Source: Candidatus Levyibacteriota bacterium (lineage in GTDB: Bacteria; Patescibacteriota; Microgenomatia; Levybacterales; UBA12049). From it: DNA of 59,130 nt. The notes below the pieces were generated by a model. It was not told where the DNA came from. It did not search any database and was given only the letters and a program-made list of their open reading frames with translations. The stretch lies in contig JACQHJ010000006.1 of the NCBI GenBank assembly GCA_016199085.1, positions 1-59,130 of the forward strand. The letters run 5' to 3'. The position numbers were made by a program, and so were the translations under genes. How positions within the stretch are numbered: the stretch's first letter is position 1; each line of letters starts with the position of its first letter. Positions 34,116-42,809 of the stretch are shown one piece after another.

Positions 34116-35318
34116 ATGAGAAAACAGCTTATAATCTCTCTTGTACTCGTCGGTTTAATGATTTTGGCAACAGCTGCAGTAATTCTTTATGGAATGGGAT
34201 ACAGGTTTAGCTTAAATAAGGGAAATCCGGCAGTATCCGGAACCGGACTCCTGGTTGCCACCTCCGCTCCTGATGGTGCTCAGGTCTTTATCAACGACCA
34301 TTTGACTACGGCAACCGACAATACAATTAACCTTGAACCGGGAGAATACAATATTAGGATCTTTAAAGACGGTTATTTTCCCTGGCAGAAGAAAATTACC
34401 ATTAAAAAAGAGGTTGTAAGCAAGGCTGATGCTCTTTTACTCCCCGCAGCTCCCAAACTTGAAAGCATAACCAATACAGGAGTTCTAAATGCCGTTATCG
34501 ATCCTACAAAAACAAAGCTGGCGTATTCGGTTGCCTCCCAATCCGCTCTTAAAAACGGTATTTATGTTTTGGATATGACTCTAAGGCCGATTTTAACTCT
34601 GCAAAGCGCTTCAACCCAGATCGCAACAGACACTGTCACAAGTTTTTCCAAAAGTACGCTTAAGTGGTCACCTGACAGTAAACAGCTTTTAGCCTCATTT
34701 GGAAACCCAAGTATTGCAGATTATTTGCTTTCTGCAAGTGTCCTTAACTCAAATCCGCAGGATGTAACAGAAACTCTTTTGACTGTAAATTCAGCCTGGC
34801 AAAGATTAAGAGATGAAAAGAAGGTGGCATTAAATAACAGTCTGCCAAGAAAACTAAGGCCGATTGTCTCCCAGTATTTCAACGTGATTGACTGGTCTGA
34901 CGATGAGACAAAAGTCTTGTATTCAGCTTCGATCTCTGGAACACTGCCAATTGTTATAAATCCTCCTTTAATAGGCGTAGATTCAACTCCAGAGCAAAGA
35001 AATATAGAAGAGGACGCAATCTATGTCTATGACATCAAAGAGGACAGAAATTACAAAATACTCGATAATATGCCCCTTGTGGATGAAGGATCTTCCCTTC
35101 CATTAATGTGGTTTCCGGATTCAAAACATTTAGTTTTTGTTCATAACGGCAAAATAGATATTATGGAATATAACGCATTAAACCAGACAACGATCTACGC
35201 GGGTCCTTTTGTAGATAATTTTGTCTTCCCCTGGCCAGATGCGAGTAAGATTGTGATCCTAACTAACCTGGGAAACCCTGCAATAAATCCCAATTTATAT
35301 ACAATTAGCCTCAAGTAA
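34116..35318 (+). CDS. Membrane-anchored PEGA-domain protein with a beta-propeller-like C-terminal region
   Basis: An N-terminal TM helix is followed by a PEGA domain (SAPDGAQVFINDH...LEPGEYNIRIFKDGYFPWQKKITI). Repeated W-S-P-D / W-F-P-D segments recall TolB-like WD40 blades. Confidence 0.6.
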   Translation: MRKQLIISLVLVGLMILATAAVILYGMGYRFSLNKGNPAVSGTGLLVATSAPDGAQVFINDHLTTATDNTINLEPGEYNIRIFKDGYFPWQKKITIKKEVVSKADALLLPAAPKLESITNTGVLNAVIDPTKTKLAYSVASQSALKNGIYVLDMTLRPILTLQSASTQIATDTVTSFSKSTLKWSPDSKQLLASFGNPSIADYLLSASVLNSNPQDVTETLLTVNSAWQRLRDEKKVALNNSLPRKLRPIVSQYFNVIDWSDDETKVLYSASISGTLPIVINPPLIGVDSTPEQRNIEEDAIYVYDIKEDRNYKILDNMPLVDEGSSLPLMWFPDSKHLVFVHNGKIDIMEYNALNQTTIYAGPFVDNFVFPWPDASKIVILTNLGNPAINPNLYTISLK

Positions 35319-35988
35319 ACCTTTCCTTAACTTTTAATAAGACATCTTTCCAATCCTTGCAATAGATATGATTTGGTTTTTTAGCCATATCTTGATGGTA
35401 ATAATAGAGAAAAACCGTTCCTTTATAGTCATTTGGCATGTTGGCTATTAGGCTGTAACTATCATCCACTATCCCGGAAACGTAGGGGAAAAGATATTTC
35501 AGTACTTTGACTTTCCACAGAGATCCCTTACTGTAATGTACGTATCTTGGCCTGGTAATAATTGGCGCTTTTGGGAAGTTATGTTTTTCCAGCCATTTTC
35601 TTGTTCCTTCTATAGCTCTCTCCGGCCTGATAGTTAAGTAACAGACAATGGGAACTATTTTATTAATTTTATTGACAATATGATTTGAATTTTCTATTAA
35701 AGGGAGGAATTCCTGCACTCTACTCGTACTTCTTGCTTTCTTCATCCATGCCTGAGCCTGAGCGTTTTTGAAATGAGGGTATCTTTGCAGAATCTTGTAT
35801 TTATTAATTATTTCACTGGCAGTGAGATTGTCGGGGTTGCCAAATTTTTTCGTCAGATTCTCGACCCAATACAAAGCAGTGAAGGAAAGAGTATCATCAA
35901 TATCCAAGGCCAAGCCGTGGAGGTCAGATTTCTTAAGCTTTTCTTTTAATTTGGATATTTTCACAATTCTCCTACTTTGGCTTCGCAT
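35311..35988 (-). CDS. HAD-superfamily hydrolase-like protein
   Basis: HAD motif I DxDxT is present (LALDIDDTLS), and the C-terminal GIVDDS is consistent with motif IV. The remainder is unassigned. Confidence 0.45.
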   Translation of the reverse strand: MRSQSRRIVKISKLKEKLKKSDLHGLALDIDDTLSFTALYWVENLTKKFGNPDNLTASEIINKYKILQRYPHFKNAQAQAWMKKARSTSRVQEFLPLIENSNHIVNKINKIVPIVCYLTIRPERAIEGTRKWLEKHNFPKAPIITRPRYVHYSKGSLWKVKVLKYLFPYVSGIVDDSYSLIANMPNDYKGTVFLYYYHQDMAKKPNHIYCKDWKDVLLKVKERFT

Positions 35989-36709
35989 AGACGAGTAGCC
36001 TTTGAAATGTTGTTCCAGGAGGCCAGCAGGTCTGCAGAATGAGGGTTTCCTCTCCTACGTTTTGAGCATCTACTATGTGCGATACATCTTCAGGACTGAC
36101 CACTTCTGATCCACTTACTATATAGTCGTACCGCTTATTTTGATAGAAAACTACCACTTCATCACCCGGCACAAGATCTTTTAGAAGATAAAAGATGGCA
36201 TTATATCTTCCAATATTCCAGAAATTGTCGGTTGAATGGGCAAAGAGATAAATATTGCCGGTAATTCCTGGAAAAACAGTTCCCTGTGCGTGGGCAACTC
36301 CCTGGGCAAGGATTGGCAGGAATTCCTCCTGATTGCCAGGATTTACATTAGCAAAGACCTTTGCTGAGGCCCCAATCTTAGGTATTAATAGGCCGAACTT
36401 GGTGTCTTTTGCTACAAGTACCTGTTCTTTTGCACCAAGGAGAACTTGGGCAAAATTATCTACTCCGGATGAAATTTGTTGATCTTGAGGCTGAATTTGA
36501 TCAGCAGAAGTTTCATTTGAAGTTGTATCTGGCAAACTAGGAGTCTGACTGATAACGTATTTCACTCCCCTAGCCTGAGCTATGCGGTAGTTAACTTCAA
36601 AGTATAAAGCAGGACCAAAAGTCGCTATTGCAGCGTAAATGGCAAACAAGACCAGGAAGTTGCCAACTGTTCGAAGTATAAGGAATTTAATAATTTCTTG
36701 TTTTTTCAC
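35972..36709 (-). CDS. Sortase-family transpeptidase
   Basis: It has an N-terminal TM anchor, the catalytic His context IYLFAHS, the Cys motif LILQTCWPPGT and the downstream Arg (QRLLVYA). Confidence 0.8.
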   Translation of the reverse strand: MKKQEIIKFLILRTVGNFLVLFAIYAAIATFGPALYFEVNYRIAQARGVKYVISQTPSLPDTTSNETSADQIQPQDQQISSGVDNFAQVLLGAKEQVLVAKDTKFGLLIPKIGASAKVFANVNPGNQEEFLPILAQGVAHAQGTVFPGITGNIYLFAHSTDNFWNIGRYNAIFYLLKDLVPGDEVVVFYQNKRYDYIVSGSEVVSPEDVSHIVDAQNVGEETLILQTCWPPGTTFQRLLVYAKPK

Positions 36710-36751
36710 TTAAGCATAATTATACAATATTGAAGGAGATAATAAGTTAAG

Positions 36752-36823
36752 TACCCTTGAGGGGAATTGAACCTCTATCTACGCGTTAGGACTGCGTTGC
36801 TCTATCCGTTGAGCTACAAGGGC
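36752..36823 (-). tRNA. tRNA-Arg (anticodon CCT)
   Basis: Acceptor GCCCTTG/CAAGGGT (G1-T72 wobble), D-arm GCTC-AACGGATA-GAGC, anticodon loop GTCCTAA and T-arm AGAGG-TTCAATT-CCCCT. There is one mismatch each in the anticodon and T stems. Confidence 0.75.
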
Positions 36824-36868
36824 ATATTTGTATTTTACCACAGAAAACTATAAAATGAACCTTAATCA

Positions 36869-36940
36869 CGGGCTGTAGTGAATCGGTATCACGCTGCATT
36901 CGGGATGCAGAAACAGAAAGTTCAATTCTTTCCAGCCCGA
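36869..36940 (+). tRNA. tRNA-Pro (anticodon CGG)
   Basis: Acceptor CGGGCTG/CAGCCCG, D-stem GTGA/TCAC, anticodon stem CTGCA/TGCAG with loop TTCGGGA, and T-arm GAAAG-TTCAATT-CTTTC. Confidence 0.88.
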
Positions 36941-36966
36941 CTTATAGTAATATAAATTCACCTTAC

Positions 36967-36994
36967 TTGACAATTTAAAATAAAAGCCTATAAT
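36967..36994 (+). promoter_or_regulatory. Consensus promoter positioned for a leaderless transcript of the 37003 ORF
   Basis: TTGACA (36967-36972), a 16-nt spacer, then TATAAT (36989-36994). Only 8 nt lie between the -10 box and the ATG. Confidence 0.6.
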
Positions 36995-37002
36995 AGCCAC
37001 CT

Positions 37003-37407
37003 ATGGCAGGTTTAAAAGAAAGAACTGTTGAGGCCTTAAGAAGAATTAGACCACAAGTAATTGAGGTCGGCAGCGTTGAGAGTTTTGAAGCAACGGTTAG
37101 AAGAGGCGCTGCAGATTGTGTTTATGTACAGCCGCTTGCAGTTTTGACTCCTATCCTGGATTCAGCTCCCCCAATGTTAAAACATATAGTCAGATGCACC
37201 GGCACAGCTTTAACAGGAGGTAAGCTTGTATATGACAGGCCTACCGGAATGTCCCCAGAAGAAGAAGCTGTAGTGGAAAGAGCAAAGAGTTACATGACGG
37301 CGGAAAAATTAACAAACGAACTAAATGCGCGAGGCATAACTGCATACATGCTTGACTGGCAAGGAGAAATAGTACCTCCTGCCCAATACGCAGAAGATCA
37401 TTTATAA
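37003..37407 (+). CDS. Hypothetical protein (GC-richer orphan)
   Basis: 134-aa ORF, Arg/Ala/Val/Glu-rich, with no TM helix or signal peptide and its own consensus promoter. No family recognised. Confidence 0.3.
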   Translation: MAGLKERTVEALRRIRPQVIEVGSVESFEATVRRGAADCVYVQPLAVLTPILDSAPPMLKHIVRCTGTALTGGKLVYDRPTGMSPEEEAVVERAKSYMTAEKLTNELNARGITAYMLDWQGEIVPPAQYAEDHL

Positions 37408-37477
37408 AAAGCTCTTAGGCTTCTTGTATACAATTTACCTCTTGAAATTAAGCTTACAAAATGGCATTATTACATTT

Positions 37478-38221
37478 ATGGATTCAGATGAGAAATTAAC
37501 CAAAGCCCAAAAAAGAGAACTTCGAAAACTTGAATGGGAACAAAAAGCCCAAAGCCAAGCAAAAACGGCGCAATATAAAAAAATCGGTCTTTGGATAGGA
37601 GTTACCTTTGCCGTAATCTTAGGAATTTTCGGCCTTGCAATGATAGTCAACTCCCCTACTACGTCTTCCGGAGGGGGTCTTCAAGCACCAGCTCCAACCA
37701 AAGAAGACATATATACCAAAGGAAATCCTAATTCAAAAGTAGTCGTCGTTGAATACGGAGATTACCAGTGCCCTGCTTGCGCACAATACCAGCCGATTGT
37801 CAAAGCTCTTTTAGAAGAATATAAAGACAAAGTATATTTTGTTTACAGGGATTTTCCTCTTATTAATTCTCATCAAAACGCACACATTTCGGCAAGAGCT
37901 GCGTTTGCAGCCAATAAACAGGGAAAGTTCTGGGAAATGTATGACGCTTTATATGAAAATCAGACCGAATGGGCAACCAATCCAAATGCAGAAACAATAT
38001 TTACAAATTATGCTTCAAACCTTGGGTTAAATGCGGATAAATTTAAAAACGATTTAAACTCAAATGAGGCTAAAAGCTTTGTAGATAACGCTTTAAGCAA
38101 TGCTACTTCAATTGGATTAAATTCAACTCCAAGCTTTTTTATTAACGGGTCCAAGATTGAAAACCCAAGCTCATATGACGAACTCAAAGCTCTGATTGAT
38201 AATGAACTTAACAAAGAATAA
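37478..38221 (+). CDS. DsbA-family thiol:disulfide oxidoreductase (membrane-anchored)
   Basis: It has a TM anchor, a thioredoxin-fold CxxC (YGDYQCPACAQY) and the cis-Pro region (LNSTPSFFING). The start is set at the ATG (MDSDEK), not at the TTG of the ORF track. Confidence 0.8.
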   Translation: MDSDEKLTKAQKRELRKLEWEQKAQSQAKTAQYKKIGLWIGVTFAVILGIFGLAMIVNSPTTSSGGGLQAPAPTKEDIYTKGNPNSKVVVVEYGDYQCPACAQYQPIVKALLEEYKDKVYFVYRDFPLINSHQNAHISARAAFAANKQGKFWEMYDALYENQTEWATNPNAETIFTNYASNLGLNADKFKNDLNSNEAKSFVDNALSNATSIGLNSTPSFFINGSKIENPSSYDELKALIDNELNKE

Positions 38222-38642
38222 ACTATTTCTCTACTCTGCCATTTTGGCCTTTTTGGGTTTTTTAGACGCAACTTACCTCACAATTATTCATTACAGGCAA
38301 ATAATCCCACCTTGTACAATTGGAAGCTGCGAAACCGTTCTGAATAGTGAGTTTGCAACAATCTTAGGCATTCCTACGGCACTTCTAGGGAGCTTATTCT
38401 ATTTATCAGTAATAGTCATTACTCTTTTAATACTTACAAACTATAAAAAGATGTATGTAAGTCTATTTTATCTCTTAGCAACTACTGGATTTGGGGTATC
38501 TTTATTTCTTCTTTATATACAAGCCTTTGTTCTACATTCATTTTGCCAGTATTGCCTACTTTCGGCAGCGACTTCAACAGGTATTTTTATACTAGCAGTC
38601 TTGCAGATTAGAAAAGAAAAGAATTCCCTATTGACTAAGTAA
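38196..38642 (+). CDS. Vitamin K epoxide reductase (VKOR)-family membrane protein
   Basis: It has 4-5 TM helices, a loop Cys pair (PPCTIGSC) and an in-membrane CxxC (FCQYC). It overlaps the end of the DsbA-like gene. Confidence 0.75.
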   Translation: MIMNLTKNKLFLYSAILAFLGFLDATYLTIIHYRQIIPPCTIGSCETVLNSEFATILGIPTALLGSLFYLSVIVITLLILTNYKKMYVSLFYLLATTGFGVSLFLLYIQAFVLHSFCQYCLLSAATSTGIFILAVLQIRKEKNSLLTK

Positions 38643-38683
38643 GACAATAGTTTTAAAATCTTTTAATTCCTGCCTCATAACTT

Positions 38684-39877
38684 ATGCCAGCAAGAGTAGA
38701 ACTAGCTAAACAACGAAGGCCAAACTACGAAGGAGGCTCCCTCTATCAAGATGCCGGAGTATTTGCGGTAAATTATCTTAAACAACATCCTCACATGGCT
38801 TCTGATCCCAGAATGTCAGGTTTGCTTTTGGACTTACAAAACGGTTTTTTTTGGGGCGTGCTTACTGCGCTAGACGGACCGACTGAAGAAGCATCAACAT
38901 ATCCTACTAGAAAACCTGTCTTTGGCTACAAAAGCGCATTTGATCAGGAAAGGCATCAGGCAAGAGACTGGACAAGAGAAGCTTTTACGGCTCCCGAGTT
39001 GGCGGAACTAACTGATTTAACTGTCGATTTTGCACTTAATCCACCTGCTGTTAAGGGAAAATCCGGCTTTCTCAGAGGCCATAGTACTCTCTTAAGACAC
39101 ATGGTTGATAAACCGGGTTCAATTTTTAAAGACGGGGTAGATGAGAAAGGAAGAAAAAGGCTTGTTAACGGTGCTTTTTGGGAAGAGTTAGGAGATGCAG
39201 CAATTCCTGCACGGGTTAGTAATATCTTGCTTGATCACCAAGAAAGCCTCGATCCTGCCTTTGCTAAACAAGGAATCGCTCTTTATAAAAGAAACAGAGA
39301 CGCGAATACTGCTGAGGCAGTTAAGCGGAATATAGACATGGATCTTTTCCCAGAGGAAGCTTTAGATAGGTATGTTGATTTTGTTGCACAAGTAGCAGCA
39401 GTTAAAGACGAACAAGGAGAAAACGCAATAGATGAAGCAACAATCGATGAACTGTTGCAGCCTTATATGTTGGCGGTTTTGGCTCCCGATGAAGACGATA
39501 TATATGAATTAAGGTTTGGCCCCCATCTTGACTTAGAAACCCATGCAACCGTAACGCCTTTAAATGGTTTTAACGTAAGACTTGCTAATCCTTTAATCCA
39601 GGAGTCACTGAAAAGGTCCCCTCTTAACCGAATAGTTGTCGCAGAAAGGTTGGGAGAAATACTTACCAGTCCTGATGGAAGAACAGATACTGCGCTTGAT
39701 GTAATAGCTGTATTGGGAGAAGAATTGGGAGATAGAATTTTACGAACTGTAATAAGGACAGAAAGAAATACTACTGAAGCAACCTATCTCAGAATGGCAA
39801 TTGAACAAAGTTACTCACCTTTAAAAGATCGCGCTCTTGCCATACTGGACGGGTTCTCCGCAAAAAGTCCCAAGTAA
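38684..39877 (+). CDS. Hypothetical protein (GC-richer orphan, 397 aa)
   Basis: A long ORF with no TM helix or signal peptide, rich in Asp/Glu/Leu/Ala/Arg. The first 60 nt are 30/60 G+C by hand count. No family recognised. Confidence 0.3.
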   Translation: MPARVELAKQRRPNYEGGSLYQDAGVFAVNYLKQHPHMASDPRMSGLLLDLQNGFFWGVLTALDGPTEEASTYPTRKPVFGYKSAFDQERHQARDWTREAFTAPELAELTDLTVDFALNPPAVKGKSGFLRGHSTLLRHMVDKPGSIFKDGVDEKGRKRLVNGAFWEELGDAAIPARVSNILLDHQESLDPAFAKQGIALYKRNRDANTAEAVKRNIDMDLFPEEALDRYVDFVAQVAAVKDEQGENAIDEATIDELLQPYMLAVLAPDEDDIYELRFGPHLDLETHATVTPLNGFNVRLANPLIQESLKRSPLNRIVVAERLGEILTSPDGRTDTALDVIAVLGEELGDRILRTVIRTERNTTEATYLRMAIEQSYSPLKDRALAILDGFSAKSPK

Positions 39878-39889
39878 AGTTTGACTAAT

Positions 39890-40441
39890 TTAATAACTGT
39901 GGATTTCTGAAGGTTCAAACCAGAGGGTTTTTTCAAAATTTGCTTCTTCAACCGTAGCTGAAATGTGAACTATATTTTCTACGGCTCTTTTTTCTTCATT
40001 TGCATAAGCCGCACTGTCTGTCGAGAAGTCTCCCCGAATAGTTCCAGCAGGAGCATTTACAGGCATTGTAGGACCTGCAATTGACACAACATTTTCAACT
40101 GCATGTTTTCCTTCGATAACCATGGCTATAACAGGACTTGAGCTCATAAAATCAAGTAACCAGCCTACGACTACTTTTCCAACTACTGCGGGATCGTCTG
40201 TACCAAACTCCTTTTTTACATCTTTACCATACTTTTTGTATGTAGTAATTGTTTTTCCACCGATTCTCTCAACCGTTGAAGCTTTATCCGTAGCATAATG
40301 TTTGTCTAGAAGTGTTTTCTTTGGGATAACCATCTTCATACCGACAATTTTAAGACCCATTCTTTCAAATCTGTGAATGATTTCACCGACTATTCCTCTT
40401 TTAACACCGTCCGGTTTGATAAGTACGACTGTTTGTTCCAT
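39890..40441 (-). CDS. ndk: Nucleoside diphosphate kinase (with insertions)
   Basis: TVVLIKPDGVKRGIVGEIIHRFERMGLKIVGMKM, the GTIRGDF motif and the active-site His context NIVHISA. Its 183 aa exceed the usual ~140-150 aa. Confidence 0.85.
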   Translation of the reverse strand: MEQTVVLIKPDGVKRGIVGEIIHRFERMGLKIVGMKMVIPKKTLLDKHYATDKASTVERIGGKTITTYKKYGKDVKKEFGTDDPAVVGKVVVGWLLDFMSSSPVIAMVIEGKHAVENVVSIAGPTMPVNAPAGTIRGDFSTDSAAYANEEKRAVENIVHISATVEEANFEKTLWFEPSEIHSY

Positions 40442-40448
40442 AAACTCG

Positions 40449-41723
40449 CTATAATTTTAACAATTTTTCAAATCTTTGTCTATCTTCAAAGTTACCTATG
40501 ATCGCAAGGTTAAGCCCTTTAGAAACAAAATACTTTTTAGCAACAGCTTCAACCTGATCCAAAGTGACCTTATCAATCCCTTTTAACAGGTCTTCCGGTG
40601 TTTCTATTTTGTTCTCTAAAAGTTCGGCCTGAGCATAGAAAGCAGCCACAAAACGGCTGTCCTCAAGCTCCAAAACTAAATGTCCTTTGAGGTATTCCTT
40701 TGCCTTAACCAACTCGTCTTTGGTGATTTTAGCCACACCTTTGGCAAATTTTGAATACTCGTTTATGATTACCTCAATTCCCTCCTCCACTCTTTTAGGA
40801 TCAAGTCCTGCCGTTGAGACGAGGTTTCCAGCGTCTTGGTAGTTTTCAGAGCCTGTTCGAACGTAATAAGCCAGTCCTCTTTTTTCTCTTACTTCGGAAA
40901 ACAGCCTTGAACTCATGCCTCCGCCTAGGATTGAAGACAAAACCGACAAAGCGTGTCTTTTGGTTGATCCGATCGGAACGGTTCTAAATCCTACTCCTAT
41001 ATGCACCTGTTCTGTTTTTTTGTGCTTTATATAAAGATCTGGTTTGACCTGGTTTTCAACTAATGGAGTGTATCTAACTATATCGAAGTTAGACATCCTC
41101 TCGAAGTACTTACTGACCAATTCCTCCACTTCCTCAACTTTTATTCCTCCGGCAACAACTACTGTAATATTATCTGCGCTATAAAGCCCTTGCATGTAAT
41201 TTACGAAATCTTCTCTTGTTATAGCCTTGATTACCTCTTTTCTGCCTGCTATGTCCCAACCCATGGGCGTATCTCCATATAAGAGATTTTCATAGACGTC
41301 TCCAATTTTTCTACTAGGCGTATCCTCATAGAGATTTATTTCTTCAAGTATTACTCCTCTTTCTTTTTCTATCTCTTTTATATCAAGCTTTGAGTGCTGG
41401 AGCATGTCGGATAAAACGTCTAAACAGAGCTCGACGTGTGTTTTAGAGGCTTTTACAAAATATCCTGTTACTTCTTTTGAGGTAAAAGCATTAAATTCTC
41501 CGCCTATTCCGTCGATTAAAGCTGCTATATCTTGAGCAGTTGGTCTTTTTGTCGTTCCCTTAAATGCCATGTGTTCCAAAAAGTGGGAAATGCCGTTATT
41601 TTGTGCTCTCTCGTATCTTGATCCTGCTCCAACCATTACCATTACGGTTGCGGATTCAAATGAAGGCATGGGGATTGTGATGAGTCTTAATCCGTTTCGA
41701 AGAATAGTTCTCTTATATTGCAT
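40449..41723 (-). CDS. Peptidase M16 (pitrilysin-family) zinc protease
   Basis: It has the inverted zinc motif HxxEH (HFLEHMAFKGT) and a downstream Glu (EKERGVILEE). The start is set at the internal Met (MQYKRT...). Confidence 0.85.
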   Translation of the reverse strand: MQYKRTILRNGLRLITIPMPSFESATVMVMVGAGSRYERAQNNGISHFLEHMAFKGTTKRPTAQDIAALIDGIGGEFNAFTSKEVTGYFVKASKTHVELCLDVLSDMLQHSKLDIKEIEKERGVILEEINLYEDTPSRKIGDVYENLLYGDTPMGWDIAGRKEVIKAITREDFVNYMQGLYSADNITVVVAGGIKVEEVEELVSKYFERMSNFDIVRYTPLVENQVKPDLYIKHKKTEQVHIGVGFRTVPIGSTKRHALSVLSSILGGGMSSRLFSEVREKRGLAYYVRTGSENYQDAGNLVSTAGLDPKRVEEGIEVIINEYSKFAKGVAKITKDELVKAKEYLKGHLVLELEDSRFVAAFYAQAELLENKIETPEDLLKGIDKVTLDQVEAVAKKYFVSKGLNLAIIGNFEDRQRFEKLLKL

Positions 41724-41836
41724 GTTGGAAATTATAACAGGAATTAAGGAGATTTTAAAGGATAAAAATATCCCCAAAGTCCTCATTTTTAAATTTTGGA
41801 ATATTAAGTTGCTTCTTCATATAAATACACCCACTT

Positions 41837-42514
41837 TTATTTAAAGATCTCGCTCTTTAAGGATTTTGCTAATTTTGTGTAAAACTTCTCCATCTCTTTA
41901 CTGTTAAAAGGAATAAACATTCTAGGCATGTCTTGATACTCGTTTACTTTTAAAAATATCTGTGAAAGGCGTATCGGGTCAATGTCCCAATCAAACTTTG
42001 CTTTTGCAAGCATACGTATGCCATTCACATCAAATTTATTCTTTACAGATAATAAAAATAGGTCAATAAAATCTCGTGTTCTGGCTCTGGTTGAGATTGT
42101 ATGAATTTTATTAGCTGCAATGTCTATTTCACTATCAACCGCGATATTCTTCCATTTTATTCCTTTTTCAATTCTTGGATATGGATAAAAATTAAAGTCT
42201 ACTTTTAATAAATCTTTGTTTTTATATGTTAAGAGAAAGGATTGAAGACCTAAAAAGGGATTGTGATCTATCTTAACAAGACCAAGTAGTCTTTTATTAG
42301 CATCAAGAAATTGCCTGATTTTGGGAAGATAGATTTCTTTCTCTGAAAAAAGATCAAGATCATGGGATTCACGGTGGTGCAAATAGAATGCCGACAGAGC
42401 TGTTCCACCGGTTAAATAAAAGTTTTTGGTTAGGTACGGATTTTGTGAAACCAGCTCCAGAAATTGCTTCTGTCTGGGTTCAAACCCGGCTCCTTTGTCC
42501 ATGGTTTTTGCCAT
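41837..42514 (-). CDS. AbiEii/AbiGii-family nucleotidyltransferase-like protein (second copy)
   Basis: FYLTGGTALSAFYLHHRESHDLDLFS and KIHTISTRARTRDFIDLFLL. Confidence 0.7.
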   Translation of the reverse strand: MAKTMDKGAGFEPRQKQFLELVSQNPYLTKNFYLTGGTALSAFYLHHRESHDLDLFSEKEIYLPKIRQFLDANKRLLGLVKIDHNPFLGLQSFLLTYKNKDLLKVDFNFYPYPRIEKGIKWKNIAVDSEIDIAANKIHTISTRARTRDFIDLFLLSVKNKFDVNGIRMLAKAKFDWDIDPIRLSQIFLKVNEYQDMPRMFIPFNSKEMEKFYTKLAKSLKSEIFK

Positions 42515-42708
42515 ATGAAAAACTCAATTACCTTTTTTTTATCAGGATCAAGATCATCTTTTATCTTAGGCCAGGCTTTTTTAACCTCTTCTTCTTCCAG
42601 CTTCTCACCATCTAAGCCAAAATTGATAAGCTGGGTAAGTCTCCAGAGCTTATATTTCTTGGGGTTTTCTCTTTTAAATTTTTCTTCATCTGTAGACCAG
42701 TTGTACAT
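42430..42708 (-). CDS. Small Trp-rich partner protein of the second NTase
   Basis: 92-aa ORF directly upstream of the NTase gene and overlapping it by 85 nt. It contains 8 Trp. No family recognised. Confidence 0.35.
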   Translation of the reverse strand: MYNWSTDEEKFKRENPKKYKLWRLTQLINFGLDGEKLEEEEVKKAWPKIKDDLDPDKKKVIEFFIWQKPWTKEPGLNPDRSNFWSWFHKIRT

Positions 42709-42809
42709 ACTATTATTATAGCATCTTTAAGAGCTTAATAATAGATTTAACTAGCTTTTTTATAAACCTTGTTTAAATATATTCTGGTATTCTAATGGTA
42801 GATATTATT

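Noticed and set aside
35972-36709. A search for sortase substrates (LPxTG-type C-terminal sorting signals) among the secreted proteins in the window
   Set aside because: None of the signal-peptide proteins ends with an LPxTG-like motif followed by a TM helix and basic tail. The surface-cluster partners have a TM helix and basic tail but no LPxTG. I therefore claim no sortase-substrate link.
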